31,376 nt of DNA, taken from IMG/VR virus record IMGVR_UViG_3300021375_000107, positions 1-31,376 of that record. The stretch is one strand, 5' to 3'. Made by a program: the position numbers and the translations under genes. The notes under the pieces were generated by a model. It did not search any database. It had not been told where the DNA came from and was given only the letters and a program-made list of their open reading frames with translations. Positions within the stretch are counted from its first letter, which is position 1. Each line of letters begins with the position of its first letter. This DNA comes from a virus. Its lineage: Duplodnaviria > Caudoviricetes. This document shows positions 9,776 to 20,075 of the stretch, one piece after another.

Positions 9776-10699
9776 TTACGATTTAATCCATTTGGATTGA
9801 TTTCTCATTACTTGTGCCATTAGATCTGATTTTAATTCTGATAAACGAATTTTAGCATTTCTTCTAGCTGCCACCATTTCTTTTTTAAACCTTTGGATAG
9901 CGTATTCTTGTGTGTTGGCTCTTACTGATAATATAGCGTGGGCTATGTATTTATATATTGCATCAATAGCAAACTTATGTACCGTCATGTCTTCATCACA
10001 TCCTAAACCATCACTTATATATTTTAAAGTTACGATTTTTCCAACTAAATTTGAGCTGAATCTTATCATACCTTTCTTTTGGTCTATATAAAATACACCA
10101 TTAGCCTGTGTTTGTTCTGGATTCAATCCATATCTACCTCCATAAGCATATAAGTTTAAAAGATCAGGGTTATTTTGCCAAGCATTCCATCCATTTTCAG
10201 AATCACCCAAGGGATATCTACTGTTTTCTTGCCATCTCCTTAATGTTTCAGATGGTTGCGGGTATGCAACCTCTCCGTTTTCATCAAATATATATTCGTA
10301 TTCACCGTCTTGTGCATAAGGTAATGGATTACTAGTTAGATCTGTTCTGTATATTATTCTTTCAATACCTTTATTATCTACCCAAGATAATTTAGTATAG
10401 TTAATATAATCCTGAGGCATAACCATATATAAACCAGGAGGACACTCAATTTCCACTGATTTTTCTTGCGGTAAAGTATCAAAGCTAAACTCTTGTATAG
10501 CTTGTTGAGCATGGAATGCAACATCTGTTCTCTTAACTTTTGTAATTATTTTTTCTTCTCCAACATAAATAACCATAAAATTATTTATGATATCTGATAT
10601 GCTCACAAATTGATAGCCGCCGTAATTTTCATCATTACTGTCCCAAACACCGTCTGGTCCTAAATAATATTCTTCCTGTGTTTTATTTATTAACGCCAT
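9776..10699 (-). CDS. Tail ring / head-tail connector structural protein
   Basis: Lies between the capsid module and the muzzle. Motifs RTDVAFHAQQAIQEFSFD, MPQDYINYTKLSWVD and LKYISDGL fit crAss-like ring proteins. Confidence 0.65.
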   Translation of the reverse strand: MALINKTQEEYYLGPDGVWDSNDENYGGYQFVSISDIINNFMVIYVGEEKIITKVKRTDVAFHAQQAIQEFSFDTLPQEKSVEIECPPGLYMVMPQDYINYTKLSWVDNKGIERIIYRTDLTSNPLPYAQDGEYEYIFDENGEVAYPQPSETLRRWQENSRYPLGDSENGWNAWQNNPDLLNLYAYGGRYGLNPEQTQANGVFYIDQKKGMIRFSSNLVGKIVTLKYISDGLGCDEDMTVHKFAIDAIYKYIAHAILSVRANTQEYAIQRFKKEMVAARRNAKIRLSELKSDLMAQVMRNQSKWIKS

Positions 10700-10702
10700 C
10701 TA

Positions 10703-11455
10703 TTATTGTTTTTCTTGTTGTGTAGTTTGTACCTCTATACTATTAGCAACCTGATACATTTGTATTTCTTTTGTAGACAAACCAGCGAAAGCTAATATCT
10801 TAATAACTAATTCAGTTTCTTCAGATTCGTGTAATTCAAAGTTAACAGCAGTAGTAGCATCGTATAATGCTTCGCCGTATACCATTTGATATCCCCACGC
10901 TACCTCTGACGGTACTTTTATATAATTACATGTTACACCAGTAGTTAACTCTCCAGCGGAACCATATACCTTATAGCCAGCATCGCTAGCCACAAAAACA
11001 GGTCTTGAGTTAGTGGGTTTTAAATACTCAGATTGATTAATCATTAAGTATTCATTGTAGTTTGTACGCTCCGCTTCAACAAGGGTTGTCGTATTTACTA
11101 CAGTATTTGGTGTTGGATATAATGAAAGGGATGATACTGTGTTTGCATAAACAATAGTACCTAATCTATATAGATCAGCGGGTGCTGTCCAATAGTTTTG
11201 GGCGCTATAAGTCATAGCCCCATTTTTTTCGAATATGTTAATCTTTTCATTAAGGATGTTAAGCATATCGGAAAACTCGGTATCATTACCTGGTACTCTT
11301 CCAAACTGATTAATATCATAAAAGTATTGTTCGAATATATCTAATTGAGCTTGATTAGCAAATAGATTAAATTCCTGAGGAGTAACATACCCTCTTTGCT
11401 CTTTATTAAGTATTGCTAATACTCTTTGATATACAGTATCTACGCTTACAGCCAT
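10703..11455 (-). CDS. Tail tubular/ring protein (P22 gp4-like adaptor)
   Basis: VYQRVLAILNKEQRGYVTPQEFNLFANQAQLDIF N-terminus, P.DLYRLG and NYIKVP..V.WGY; synteny with the capsid and tail genes. Confidence 0.7.
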   Translation of the reverse strand: MAVSVDTVYQRVLAILNKEQRGYVTPQEFNLFANQAQLDIFEQYFYDINQFGRVPGNDTEFSDMLNILNEKINIFEKNGAMTYSAQNYWTAPADLYRLGTIVYANTVSSLSLYPTPNTVVNTTTLVEAERTNYNEYLMINQSEYLKPTNSRPVFVASDAGYKVYGSAGELTTGVTCNYIKVPSEVAWGYQMVYGEALYDATTAVNFELHESEETELVIKILAFAGLSTKEIQMYQVANSIEVQTTQQEKQ

Positions 11456-11477
11456 AATTTATTTTTTATTATTATAA

Positions 11478-11505
11478 TAATAGGCCACCGTTTAGTAGCC
11501 TATTA
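11478..11505 (-). terminator. Stem-loop downstream of 11520-12326
   Basis: Minus strand TAATAGGCTAC-TAAACG-GTGGCCTATTA: 11-bp stem with one G-U pair, followed by AT-rich sequence but no clean U tract. Confidence 0.55.
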
Positions 11506-11519
11506 CTATAAGGTGACTA

Positions 11520-12326
11520 TTAAAGTCTTTTTTCAATTGCTTTGTATATTTCCATACCTTCATCTGTTTTAAAGAACGCAGATAGAGCTGAATAAGGATG
11601 CTCATCAAACGGTACAGTCATTACTTTACGACCATTTCCACCATAAGTGAAAGTTCTTTGATCTTGTGATAAATTTAATATTCCTGCTTCGACGGCTTTA
11701 ATACCAAAGTTTCTTAACTGAGTATTATCATCTGTCGCTAACTCAAGGAATAGTTGGGGATTTTTTCTAGCAAATATTAATACATCTCTTTTCAATTCGG
11801 ATGATGATAATGTATTTACTTGTTCTCCAACTTCTACACGTAATATAGCCTCGGCATCTTCTAAAGATAATCCTTTAGCCATATTCAATGCTTGTAATTC
11901 AAACTCAATCCATTCTACTTCATTAGTAGCAACTTGTTGAGGTTTATATTCTTTATATATTAAACCCAAATCTGGGTGATATAATGATAGTAATTTTTGT
12001 AATGCAACATCTTCTTTTTTCACTGATAACTTACCATTTCTAAAAATGATTCTCCCCATTATAACTTGACCTTTTTGTTCGTCAACGAATGGTGATCTTT
12101 GGTTGGTTGCGTATCTTAATTCCCTTTGATACCCTTTTTCTTCATCAAACCAAAGTAGTGATTTAGCTCTTGAATGTGCTGTTGCTATAGAATATACCAA
12201 AGGTTCTTTACCTGTGACAAGTTCATACAATCTATCTTTAATTACCCAAGTATCTTTTTTTACTTCAGGTATTTTTACTTTTTGAGGTGCAACCTCAATA
12301 GCTTCTGCTTGTGCTTTTTTAGCCAT
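11520..12326 (-). CDS. Conserved phage protein downstream of the major capsid protein, function unknown
   Basis: 268-aa ORF with a well-formed AT-rich leader. Motif RELRYATNQRSPFVDEQ and a helical C-terminal half. Confidence 0.7.
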   Translation of the reverse strand: MAKKAQAEAIEVAPQKVKIPEVKKDTWVIKDRLYELVTGKEPLVYSIATAHSRAKSLLWFDEEKGYQRELRYATNQRSPFVDEQKGQVIMGRIIFRNGKLSVKKEDVALQKLLSLYHPDLGLIYKEYKPQQVATNEVEWIEFELQALNMAKGLSLEDAEAILRVEVGEQVNTLSSSELKRDVLIFARKNPQLFLELATDDNTQLRNFGIKAVEAGILNLSQDQRTFTYGGNGRKVMTVPFDEHPYSALSAFFKTDEGMEIYKAIEKRL

Positions 12327-12362
12327 GATATAATATAATATAAATGTTAATAAGAGTAATAA

Positions 12363-12389
12363 TTACCCCCGTCAATTCAACGAGGGTAA
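12363..12389 (-). terminator. Stem-loop downstream of the major capsid gene
   Basis: Minus strand TTACCCTCGT-TGAATTG-ACGGGGGTAA: 10-bp stem (one G-U), 19 nt after the MCP stop, followed by TTATTACTCTT. Confidence 0.65.
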
Positions 12390-12408
12390 CCACTACTTGA
12401 TAGTTAGC

Positions 12409-13866
12409 CTAAGCTTTTAATAATACGAAGTTGTTCGCTGCTTGAGTACACATTGTTCTTTCTGATAAGAAATGCACATTCATAACATCCGTGTCGCTTG
12501 TATAGTTTCCGCCAACTGAACCAGTCACCCAAGATTTTAATCTTCTGTCATCAGCTTCAGAAGCTCTGTATCTGATGTGTAAGAAAGGTCTTGAAATGTT
12601 TTGCCCTAATTGTTGGTCGTAAACTGTAGAAGTTCCAGCCGGTACAATAACACCTTTAATATCGTTAATTAATCCACGAGTTGTAGAATCATTTAAATAT
12701 TTCCAGTCTGTCTTGTAGAAATCGTAAGCTCCTCTTCTGAATCCAGAGAATCCAAGGTTTAGTGCCATATCTTCAGAGTTGTCAAATACACCGTAAGATG
12801 TACCTCCAGCTCCGTAAGAATTTTGAGCAGCTAACATGTCATCAATACCTAGAGACGTAGCTCTATCTAAGAACATCATGTTTTCCTCAATAGCTCCCTG
12901 CTTATCTAGCTCTTGTAAGATTGTATCAAATGCGTCGATCCCTGTTCCTGCACCTACTGTTGCAAAATCAGTTCCTGACCATACTAATCCTCTTTCTTCT
13001 AGTGTAGAGAATAACCCTTGCATACCTGAAAGTGTAGCTCCTGCCGCATTCGTAAATGGAGTAGCTGCATTTTCTGCTTCAACCATACTCATTTCTAAGT
13101 AGTCTTCGAATCTAATTCTTGACTCATGCTCAGATTTTAAGTACCATAAGTATCCACCAGTTCCTATTTCAGTAGTAACTTCAACCCATCCAATTTGAGC
13201 AACGTCTGAACCGTTAACCTCATACTTGTCTCTTAAGATGATTGGTTTGTTACTGAAAGTTGTAAAAGATGCATCAACTGAATTACCAGCTAATGAAGAT
13301 CCTTTTCCATATTCAGAACCAAATACGAATAAGCTTAAGTTACCGTTACCATTTGTTGCTCCTTGTAAAGCCACTGTAAGGTTTCTGTTTGCGTTATCGT
13401 ATACTTCAATAGCGTAAGTCTGAACGCCACCTGCTAAAGCCCCTACAGACTTAACAAATGCTTTGTTAGTTACATTACCTTTAGCAATAACGATAGTCAT
13501 ACCAGGTCCTAATAATGGAACTTTTCCATCTGCTCCTGGAGAAGGTAAACCGATAGTTTGAGTACCAGCTGCTCCTGCAGGTGCGTTAGATACTGCTGTA
13601 TCGTAAGCTATGTGTAATCTTCCTTGTTCTGACCAAACTACTTGATCTGATGCCATAGGCATCTCTGCTCCTACCATTCTTAAGAATCCAGTGATAGTAC
13701 GGTTACCGTATCTCTCTACTTCTTTCTCGTAAACTTCAGGTAAAAATTGTTGAGTCCAGCTCATATCTGCTAAAGATAAATAGTTATCTCCAAACAGCCC
13801 CTTTACTGGTCTCGGTGTAAGGTGGTTTAAATTTGCCAACGTTGCTGGCGCTACATCAAATGCCAT
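12409..13866 (-). CDS. Major capsid protein (HK97 fold, crAss-like)
   Basis: 485 aa, following portal and scaffold. Motifs QQFLPEVYEKEVERYGNRTI.GFL, WSEQGRLH, LNLGFSGFRRG.YDFYK.DWKYLND and VHFLSER; followed by a stem-loop. Confidence 0.88.
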   Translation of the reverse strand: MAFDVAPATLANLNHLTPRPVKGLFGDNYLSLADMSWTQQFLPEVYEKEVERYGNRTITGFLRMVGAEMPMASDQVVWSEQGRLHIAYDTAVSNAPAGAAGTQTIGLPSPGADGKVPLLGPGMTIVIAKGNVTNKAFVKSVGALAGGVQTYAIEVYDNANRNLTVALQGATNGNGNLSLFVFGSEYGKGSSLAGNSVDASFTTFSNKPIILRDKYEVNGSDVAQIGWVEVTTEIGTGGYLWYLKSEHESRIRFEDYLEMSMVEAENAATPFTNAAGATLSGMQGLFSTLEERGLVWSGTDFATVGAGTGIDAFDTILQELDKQGAIEENMMFLDRATSLGIDDMLAAQNSYGAGGTSYGVFDNSEDMALNLGFSGFRRGAYDFYKTDWKYLNDSTTRGLINDIKGVIVPAGTSTVYDQQLGQNISRPFLHIRYRASEADDRRLKSWVTGSVGGNYTSDTDVMNVHFLSERTMCTQAANNFVLLKA

Positions 13867-13872
13867 AATAAA

Positions 13873-15123
13873 TTATTTTAAATGTTTAAAAGTTTTAATT
13901 CGTAATTTTGAATCGGCACTTCCTGAATCGACTGATCTAACTGTAAACCCGTTGGCAGTTTTAACTTCTTGATGAACGCCTCTCGCTCCCATCTTTACGT
14001 TTTTACTTTTTGCCATACTGTCTTTCATAGCGTCGGCTTTGCCTTGCTCATAAAAGTGATTTGCAATTGAGTCTGCATTCATAGCTGTGAATAATCCTTT
14101 GTGATAACCTTTGGCATCTGACATTTCGTTTTTTTCATTCAAGAACTTCTTGACAAAATTGTTAATATCGCTTTGGTTTTCTTTAACGGAATTAGCATCT
14201 TTAACTTTAAAACGGTATTTTTTGTCTCCGACTTGATAATCAAAACCTTTGAAATCATCACCAAAAACATTACTCGTTTTATTTAAAAACACTTCTGTTT
14301 GCTTCTCAGCTACTCGAGTTGCCTCCTCGTTTTCTTTTGTATAGCGATTGAAAAAATCTACCGCTTTTTGTTGCTCAGGCGCTAATTTAGAACCCGATTT
14401 TATTTCTTTATAATATTTAGACTTTAAACCGTCTAAATGGTTTTTAGCTTTAGCTAATTCTTCTCTTTGTGATATCTTCTTACGTCTTATTTCTCTTTCA
14501 TCATCAACTTCTTCGTCATAAGAAAATTTATCTTCCATAAGGAAATCAATGTCTTCTTTATCTAAATGAGGTCTAGTGTTTTCATAGTACTCTCTTAGTA
14601 ATTGATTCTCATTTAAAGAGCTATAGTCTTGATTAAGCTTTACATAATCCTCTAAACTTCCGCCGGTTTCTTGCATAAACTCTACAACTTTCTGTATGTT
14701 TTCTGGCAAAGGCTCTGCGGTGTCTTGTGACTGTTGAACAGCTTGTTCTATTTCTTCTTTTAACTCTTCTGTTTTTTCTTCAACCTCTTCGTCTGTTATT
14801 TCTTCAAGAACGGATTCTTCAGCTTGAACGGGCTCTGGTTGTTGTGGTACTTCTTTTTCCACTTCTTGTACAGGTTCGGCTTGTTTATCTGAAGCCACGT
14901 CTGTTGTTTCTTGCTCTGTATTGGCATCTTCTTGTGGTTTATTAAGTTGAGTTAAATCTAATTTAATACCGCCACTTTCTTCGTTTATTGAAACCGGTGA
15001 ATCAACTTTTGGCTGAGGTTCAGCTTTAACTTCTTCAGGAGCTTCTTTAATTTGTTCAGCTACTGGTTCTTTTTTTTCAGGGGCTTTAATCTTAAAGCTA
15101 CCTTCTGTTTTAATTTCTGACAT
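13873..15123 (-). CDS. Putative capsid scaffolding protein
   Basis: Highly acidic Glu/Gln/Pro-rich N-terminal half, LPENIQKVVEFMQETGGSLEDYVKLN and a coiled coil; located between portal and MCP. Confidence 0.7.
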   Translation of the reverse strand: MSEIKTEGSFKIKAPEKKEPVAEQIKEAPEEVKAEPQPKVDSPVSINEESGGIKLDLTQLNKPQEDANTEQETTDVASDKQAEPVQEVEKEVPQQPEPVQAEESVLEEITDEEVEEKTEELKEEIEQAVQQSQDTAEPLPENIQKVVEFMQETGGSLEDYVKLNQDYSSLNENQLLREYYENTRPHLDKEDIDFLMEDKFSYDEEVDDEREIRRKKISQREELAKAKNHLDGLKSKYYKEIKSGSKLAPEQQKAVDFFNRYTKENEEATRVAEKQTEVFLNKTSNVFGDDFKGFDYQVGDKKYRFKVKDANSVKENQSDINNFVKKFLNEKNEMSDAKGYHKGLFTAMNADSIANHFYEQGKADAMKDSMAKSKNVKMGARGVHQEVKTANGFTVRSVDSGSADSKLRIKTFKHLK

Positions 15124-15149
15124 GATAAAATATTATATAATTGTTACTA

Positions 15150-15159
15150 TTATTATTAC
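15150..15159 (-). promoter_or_regulatory. Candidate late promoter core GTAATAATAA upstream of the scaffold/MCP genes
   Basis: Matches the core of the 18-mer at 1549 and 26508; overlaps the portal stop codon. Confidence 0.4.
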
Positions 15160-17585
15160 CTAGGATCAAAAGCACCTAAGCCAAATCCACCTCCCATTGT
15201 GTCATTTCCTCCAGATTCGAAGTTAGTCGGCGGTGTATCGTTTTTTCTTTGAGCAATCATTTCACTTTGCTGCGTACCTTGTATTCTTGTACGTTGATCT
15301 TTTCGATCTTCTATTTCTTTTTCTTTGTCTTTAGCATTCTGAACTTCTATGCCTTTAAGCTGCATGTTGTATTGAAATTCCAAAGCCATCAATTCTTTTT
15401 TAGCACCAACTTCAACACCTATTCTTTGCTGCTCAATTTGACCCTTTAATTGCTCTAATTGAGATTTAGTTTGAAATAATGCTTGATCTTTTTGTATTTC
15501 AGCCTGTGCTGCTACTTGTTGGGCTTGCGCGTTTGCTTGAGCTTGAGCCTGTATATTTGCTTGCTGTTCTTGTTGTAATCTTTCTTGACGTTTCTTTTGC
15601 CTAACTTTCAATAATTGATTAGCCAGTTTTATATTCTTAACCTCTCTTATATCTATAGCATCAGATAAATCAATTAACCCAGCTGATAATGCTTGTTGTA
15701 CATTGTTTTCTAAAAGCTGTTGCTCTTCTTCATCAGGTGTTAATTCTAAAAATATACCAAAATCGTGTAAGTGCAAATCTTTTAATTCATCTAAAGTAGC
15801 TACATTAAACCCACCTATTTTTTGAATGAATGATTCTTTTGCTGGATGGTATTCAAGTATATCAGATATTCTTAAAGATAAACATTCTGCTGTTTCTCTT
15901 GTTAAATATAAACCTGCATCAAGTATATGTCTTGTTGCCGTGTTACTATTAGCTGCTGCTAATTTTTGAACACCCACTAAAGCTCTTGAATCTGGCGTAC
16001 TGCCATCTCTTGCTTCATTTAATCCGGTTACATCTCTTATCATTTGTAAATAATAATTGTAAGTAGATATAAGCGTTTGCAGCTTTTGGCCTCCGCTTCC
16101 GGTTTGAACTTCTTGTATTGGCACTTTGCCAGGGTTCATATCGCCCTCTTGTGTAAATGACCTACCTATTATAGATCCTGTTTGGAAAAACATATTAAGC
16201 GCTTCCTGGGGATTATAATTTGTGCCATTGCCTAAATCAACTTCATTTATACCATCAGCATCTAAATAAACACCGTCTGGTATCATTCTTTGTAATACTT
16301 GTTGCAATTTTAAATGTGTTAATTGTATCATATCAGCAAAAGCAGTACAACGACTTACTATTGATTCTATTCTACCTTGATACATTCTAGGAGCTGTTAT
16401 AGCGTAATTCATTTTAACTTTTGAACTATCACTTTTTGGTCGCATCATATTCTTAGCCATCTCCCATTTAAGTAATATATCAGTTCCCAATACCATTACG
16501 CCTTCATATAAGACTTCAAGTGACCTAGACATTTTACCAAATTGCTCCTCGTACATTTCAATAGGCGGATTGAATTGATCATCTCTTGCTATTATTTTTG
16601 ATGCACCTGTTGCAGTCTCTTTTACTTTATAAACTTCATTCATGTAAGTTTTGTAATTAAAGTAAAGTATCTGAACTATGTTTTGATCTCTATTATTATT
16701 GTTTGTATTACTTATGTTATTATTCCAAACTCCATAATTTTGTGATCCCTGTGATTGTATCTGGTCCATCTGCTCTTCAGACAGGTCCGGAAACTGCTTT
16801 TTAAGCTCGTTTAAGGGCACGAATTTAACTTCGCCTGCATAATATATATCTTGAAAATAAGGGTCCTCTGTGTAAGAATAAATTAAATAAGCCGGATCTA
16901 CATATTCTACTGTTACACCTTCAGCTTCTGTAAAATTATTTTTAACAGCACCAATACCAAGAGTGGTTATGTCATAGTAATATCTTTTCTTTGTTAAGTC
17001 ATATCTATTTTCATCAAACATAACATTCAAGGCTTCTTCTTCTGCTATCTCAATACCTTGCTTGTAGCTAAGCTGCATGTGTAAATCCAACTCCTCCTCA
17101 GAATCTGGTAATTTATCTGGATTGTTTTCAAATAAGTTTATACCAAAATTTTCTTGTGCAAATACATTCAACTCTTCTGTTTGTAGATCTCTTATAATAG
17201 ATTCCATATACCTAGTTCTTTTGCTAACTCCATATGGATCTTGAGAATAAGCAGTAAGATCAAAAGACCTATCAGCTATACCATTAACAACTATATCAAC
17301 AAATTTTGACAATATTGGTACTGGTTTCCAATCTAAATTAAGATAAGATAAATCGCCATTAATAGACATTTCATCTTTGTATTTTTGTATAGGCTGTTCA
17401 CCTCTTGCATATAGCCTTAAGCTATGGAATGTGTTTTGATTGCTTCTGAATCTAGTTACACCAGAGTTGTTCGAGAACCACTCATTTTGAATTGCTCTTC
17501 CAACTTGGAGCCCGTAGTCTCGTGACATCTTCTCAGAGTCACTTGCGACTTGACTTGGGAAAAAACTATTTACTACTCCTGCCAT
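15156..17585 (-). CDS. Portal protein
   Basis: 809 aa directly after terL. Motifs LRLYARGEQPIQKYK, SYLNLDWKPVPILSKFVDIVVNG and IRDVTGLNEARDG; Gln-rich C-terminal coiled coil (barrel). Confidence 0.88.
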   Translation of the reverse strand: MAGVVNSFFPSQVASDSEKMSRDYGLQVGRAIQNEWFSNNSGVTRFRSNQNTFHSLRLYARGEQPIQKYKDEMSINGDLSYLNLDWKPVPILSKFVDIVVNGIADRSFDLTAYSQDPYGVSKRTRYMESIIRDLQTEELNVFAQENFGINLFENNPDKLPDSEEELDLHMQLSYKQGIEIAEEEALNVMFDENRYDLTKKRYYYDITTLGIGAVKNNFTEAEGVTVEYVDPAYLIYSYTEDPYFQDIYYAGEVKFVPLNELKKQFPDLSEEQMDQIQSQGSQNYGVWNNNISNTNNNNRDQNIVQILYFNYKTYMNEVYKVKETATGASKIIARDDQFNPPIEMYEEQFGKMSRSLEVLYEGVMVLGTDILLKWEMAKNMMRPKSDSSKVKMNYAITAPRMYQGRIESIVSRCTAFADMIQLTHLKLQQVLQRMIPDGVYLDADGINEVDLGNGTNYNPQEALNMFFQTGSIIGRSFTQEGDMNPGKVPIQEVQTGSGGQKLQTLISTYNYYLQMIRDVTGLNEARDGSTPDSRALVGVQKLAAANSNTATRHILDAGLYLTRETAECLSLRISDILEYHPAKESFIQKIGGFNVATLDELKDLHLHDFGIFLELTPDEEEQQLLENNVQQALSAGLIDLSDAIDIREVKNIKLANQLLKVRQKKRQERLQQEQQANIQAQAQANAQAQQVAAQAEIQKDQALFQTKSQLEQLKGQIEQQRIGVEVGAKKELMALEFQYNMQLKGIEVQNAKDKEKEIEDRKDQRTRIQGTQQSEMIAQRKNDTPPTNFESGGNDTMGGGFGLGAFDPR

Positions 17586-17589
17586 ATTA

Positions 17590-19800
17590 CTATTTTATTA
17601 TTTTTGATGTTGATCCTTCGATTTGATATTTAGCAAATCTTATATTAATTGGTGCTCTTTCCATTCTGATATTTGGTCTATATAAATCTTTGTGACAAGC
17701 CATAATAGCAAGCCCTGAGCTAATAGCGGCATCAAATTTTGTTCTGTTATTTATATCGAATTTGGCCCAGTCTTGTAATGTTTCATTAAAATACATTGTT
17801 CCATATTCGTTTTGGTCGTTTAAACCTACGTGCTTATCTATATACATTTCAATAGCAGCAGCGTGAGCTTGTTTAATGTCTTCACTTGAATTAGGTATTC
17901 CACCTATTTCTCTTTCGGTTACAGATAGCTTGTTCCACAGTTTATCAGGACGATTCATTGAGTAACCTCTATAACCTCTTCTTTTAAAATAATATAAAAG
18001 CCTTGGTTTGTTGTTTTCACAAAGAAGCGGCATACCATAAAATACACAAGCCATCAATACGTCTTCAAAAAATATTTCAGCTGTTTGAGGCCTTGCTACA
18101 TATTCTAAAAAAAATGTGCTTGGTGGAGCGTCTTCCATACTAAACTTAGTTAAGCCGTGTAAGGCGCCTTTGGATCCTCTGCCGTCTGTTGTTCCTGATA
18201 TATCATAGCTATCACAACCAAAAGCACCCATATGCTCATTACCAGGCCATTTAATACCATTCTTTGATATCTGTCTATTTTGTATATCGTAGTTAGGTAT
18301 CCAGCTTATTAAAAATCTTCCATTTGGATTTGGTGAAAAAATTACTTTTGAATCTTTAATACCATTTTCCCATTGGAAACTCCCCTTTGTTAAAACATTG
18401 CTATTCCCTAAGTCTTCGTTATAATCTATTTGTTCGTATATTTTTGCTAAATTAAATATACTATTTTTAGTTTCATCTCTAAAAGCATGCTCTTCTGTTC
18501 TTGGAAACTGTCTATAAAATTCGTTTAAAGCATCTTGATCACCTTTTAAACCTTCAACTTCATTGTTCCAATGCTCTATTACACCTTGATCTATTTCGTC
18601 CCCATGAGGCCCGACAGTTTTGTCTTTTGGTGTGTTGAATACAGGTAACCCATAAGAATCAATGAATCCCTCGTAGTTCCATTCCATAGGTATGAACAAA
18701 CTATATAATCCCGAGCGAGTCTGTCCATTGGCGTTTCTTTTTGTAACATCTGAACTATTATATAATTTTTTAAAATTGTCCCCTCCTTTATCTAAAGCAT
18801 TTGATGTTGATCCCATCATACACTTACCAATAATTCTAGATCCTAACCTTAATGTTGTTTTAGTAACCCTCCAATTGTTGAGGATATTATTGGGTCTTTC
18901 CCATTTACCGCTTTCATCGTGGACGAGTAGCTTAAGTTTTTCTCCGTCATAAGCATTGTCCCCTGTATTCTTCCAATCGATGGTTGTGTCCAGGCCAGCA
19001 AGTATTTCTCTGGATTCGTTGTTATCAAGTTTTCTTCTTGTAAATTTAGACGCGGGTACACGATAGGCAAGTTCAGTTTTTGGTCTGTCCATACCATCTT
19101 GTATTGGTTTAAAGAAAAACGGGAAGTTAACACTGATGGGTACAACCTTGTCGGTAAACATTTTTTTTGCATCAGAACCAGACTTGGATAATATACCAAA
19201 TCTTGAGTCGCTTGATATCGTAGCCATGTTAACTGTTTCTCCTGAGGCCATAAATGAGAACCCACTACGTCTGTTTTTAAGGTAGGCCATACCGTAGCAT
19301 CTTCTATCTGCTTTGCAAGCTTCCCAGAATATATAGAATAATCTATTTGATTCTCTAAAATCTGGCTGCCCAACATCAATCTTGGACCACTGCAAGTACA
19401 TAAAGTGAGTACCAGTAATGTAAGTATCCACACCCTTATTATTGAACCAGTGACCGTATTCTCTTTTATTGAAATTTTCATCTATATATTTCCCCCAAGT
19501 TTTTTTAAATCCTTCAGGATAATCTCTCCAATCAAAAATACTTTTAATACCTTTTAATTGTTTAGGATATTCTTCAGGTGTCCATTTATCTGTAGCTTTA
19601 CTAATTTTGCCAGGTGACTTGGGTAATGCTATTTTAAGATTTTGTATCTTATATACTTCACCTATTTGTCCTGTTTTGCTTATAACAACTACATCGTGTT
19701 CTTTATTATAACCGTATTCCCATTTTTTGCCTTTATTTAATCTAGATAAAGTAGTGCGCTTTATAGGTTCTATAATTTCGTATAAAGTTTGTTTATACAT
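17590..19800 (-). CDS. terL: Terminase large subunit
   Basis: Walker A-like LKNRRSGFS, Walker B LLVHDESGKW, coupling motif GSTSN; RNase H-like nuclease residues FGCDSYD and KFDAAISSG. Confidence 0.92.
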   Translation of the reverse strand: MYKQTLYEIIEPIKRTTLSRLNKGKKWEYGYNKEHDVVVISKTGQIGEVYKIQNLKIALPKSPGKISKATDKWTPEEYPKQLKGIKSIFDWRDYPEGFKKTWGKYIDENFNKREYGHWFNNKGVDTYITGTHFMYLQWSKIDVGQPDFRESNRLFYIFWEACKADRRCYGMAYLKNRRSGFSFMASGETVNMATISSDSRFGILSKSGSDAKKMFTDKVVPISVNFPFFFKPIQDGMDRPKTELAYRVPASKFTRRKLDNNESREILAGLDTTIDWKNTGDNAYDGEKLKLLVHDESGKWERPNNILNNWRVTKTTLRLGSRIIGKCMMGSTSNALDKGGDNFKKLYNSSDVTKRNANGQTRSGLYSLFIPMEWNYEGFIDSYGLPVFNTPKDKTVGPHGDEIDQGVIEHWNNEVEGLKGDQDALNEFYRQFPRTEEHAFRDETKNSIFNLAKIYEQIDYNEDLGNSNVLTKGSFQWENGIKDSKVIFSPNPNGRFLISWIPNYDIQNRQISKNGIKWPGNEHMGAFGCDSYDISGTTDGRGSKGALHGLTKFSMEDAPPSTFFLEYVARPQTAEIFFEDVLMACVFYGMPLLCENNKPRLLYYFKRRGYRGYSMNRPDKLWNKLSVTEREIGGIPNSSEDIKQAHAAAIEMYIDKHVGLNDQNEYGTMYFNETLQDWAKFDINNRTKFDAAISSGLAIMACHKDLYRPNIRMERAPINIRFAKYQIEGSTSKIIK

Positions 19801-20075
19801 TACTTAGATCTTTTTTCAGCAAACCCCCCGAATGAAGTTGTTTCAACTTCTTTTTTAGGCTTATTATCTAATATTCTTTCTTCTTCCTCAATGCGGTTAA
19901 GTATTTCGAAAGCATCAAAAATTGCAAGCTTTTTAGTAGCTGCAGCATTTTTTAATCTATCAGCGGATATATCATCATCTGAATCAACAATATCTTCTTT
20001 AGCTACTTTAATAAGTTCCTCAACTGCTCTGTGCCCAGCCTGGATTATATTCTTCTTCGTTTCCTTGATGTTCAT
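19800..20075 (-). CDS. Putative terminase small subunit
   Basis: 91-aa helical protein coupled to terL by a TAATG overlap; ADRLKNAAATKKLAIFDAFEIL, ending GFAEKRSK. Confidence 0.55.
   Translation of the reverse strand: MNIKETKKNIIQAGHRAVEELIKVAKEDIVDSDDDISADRLKNAAATKKLAIFDAFEILNRIEEEERILDNKPKKEVETTSFGGFAEKRSK

Noticed and set aside
12319-12411. Possible readthrough or recoding of the MCP TAG stop (stop reassignment occurs in some crAss-like phages)
   Set aside because: All long genes are uninterrupted in the standard code, and TAA, TAG and TGA are all used as stops. The 30-codon extension would run through a terminator-like hairpin and AT-rich leader.
18849-19481. 210-aa alternative-frame ORF inside terL on the same strand
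   Set aside because: Fully nested in the most conserved ATPase region, with no recognisable motifs or leader; most likely a by-product of codon bias.
15156-19800. Introns or inteins in terL or portal
   Set aside because: Both ORFs are continuous, with no evident intein splice motifs or homing endonuclease signatures.
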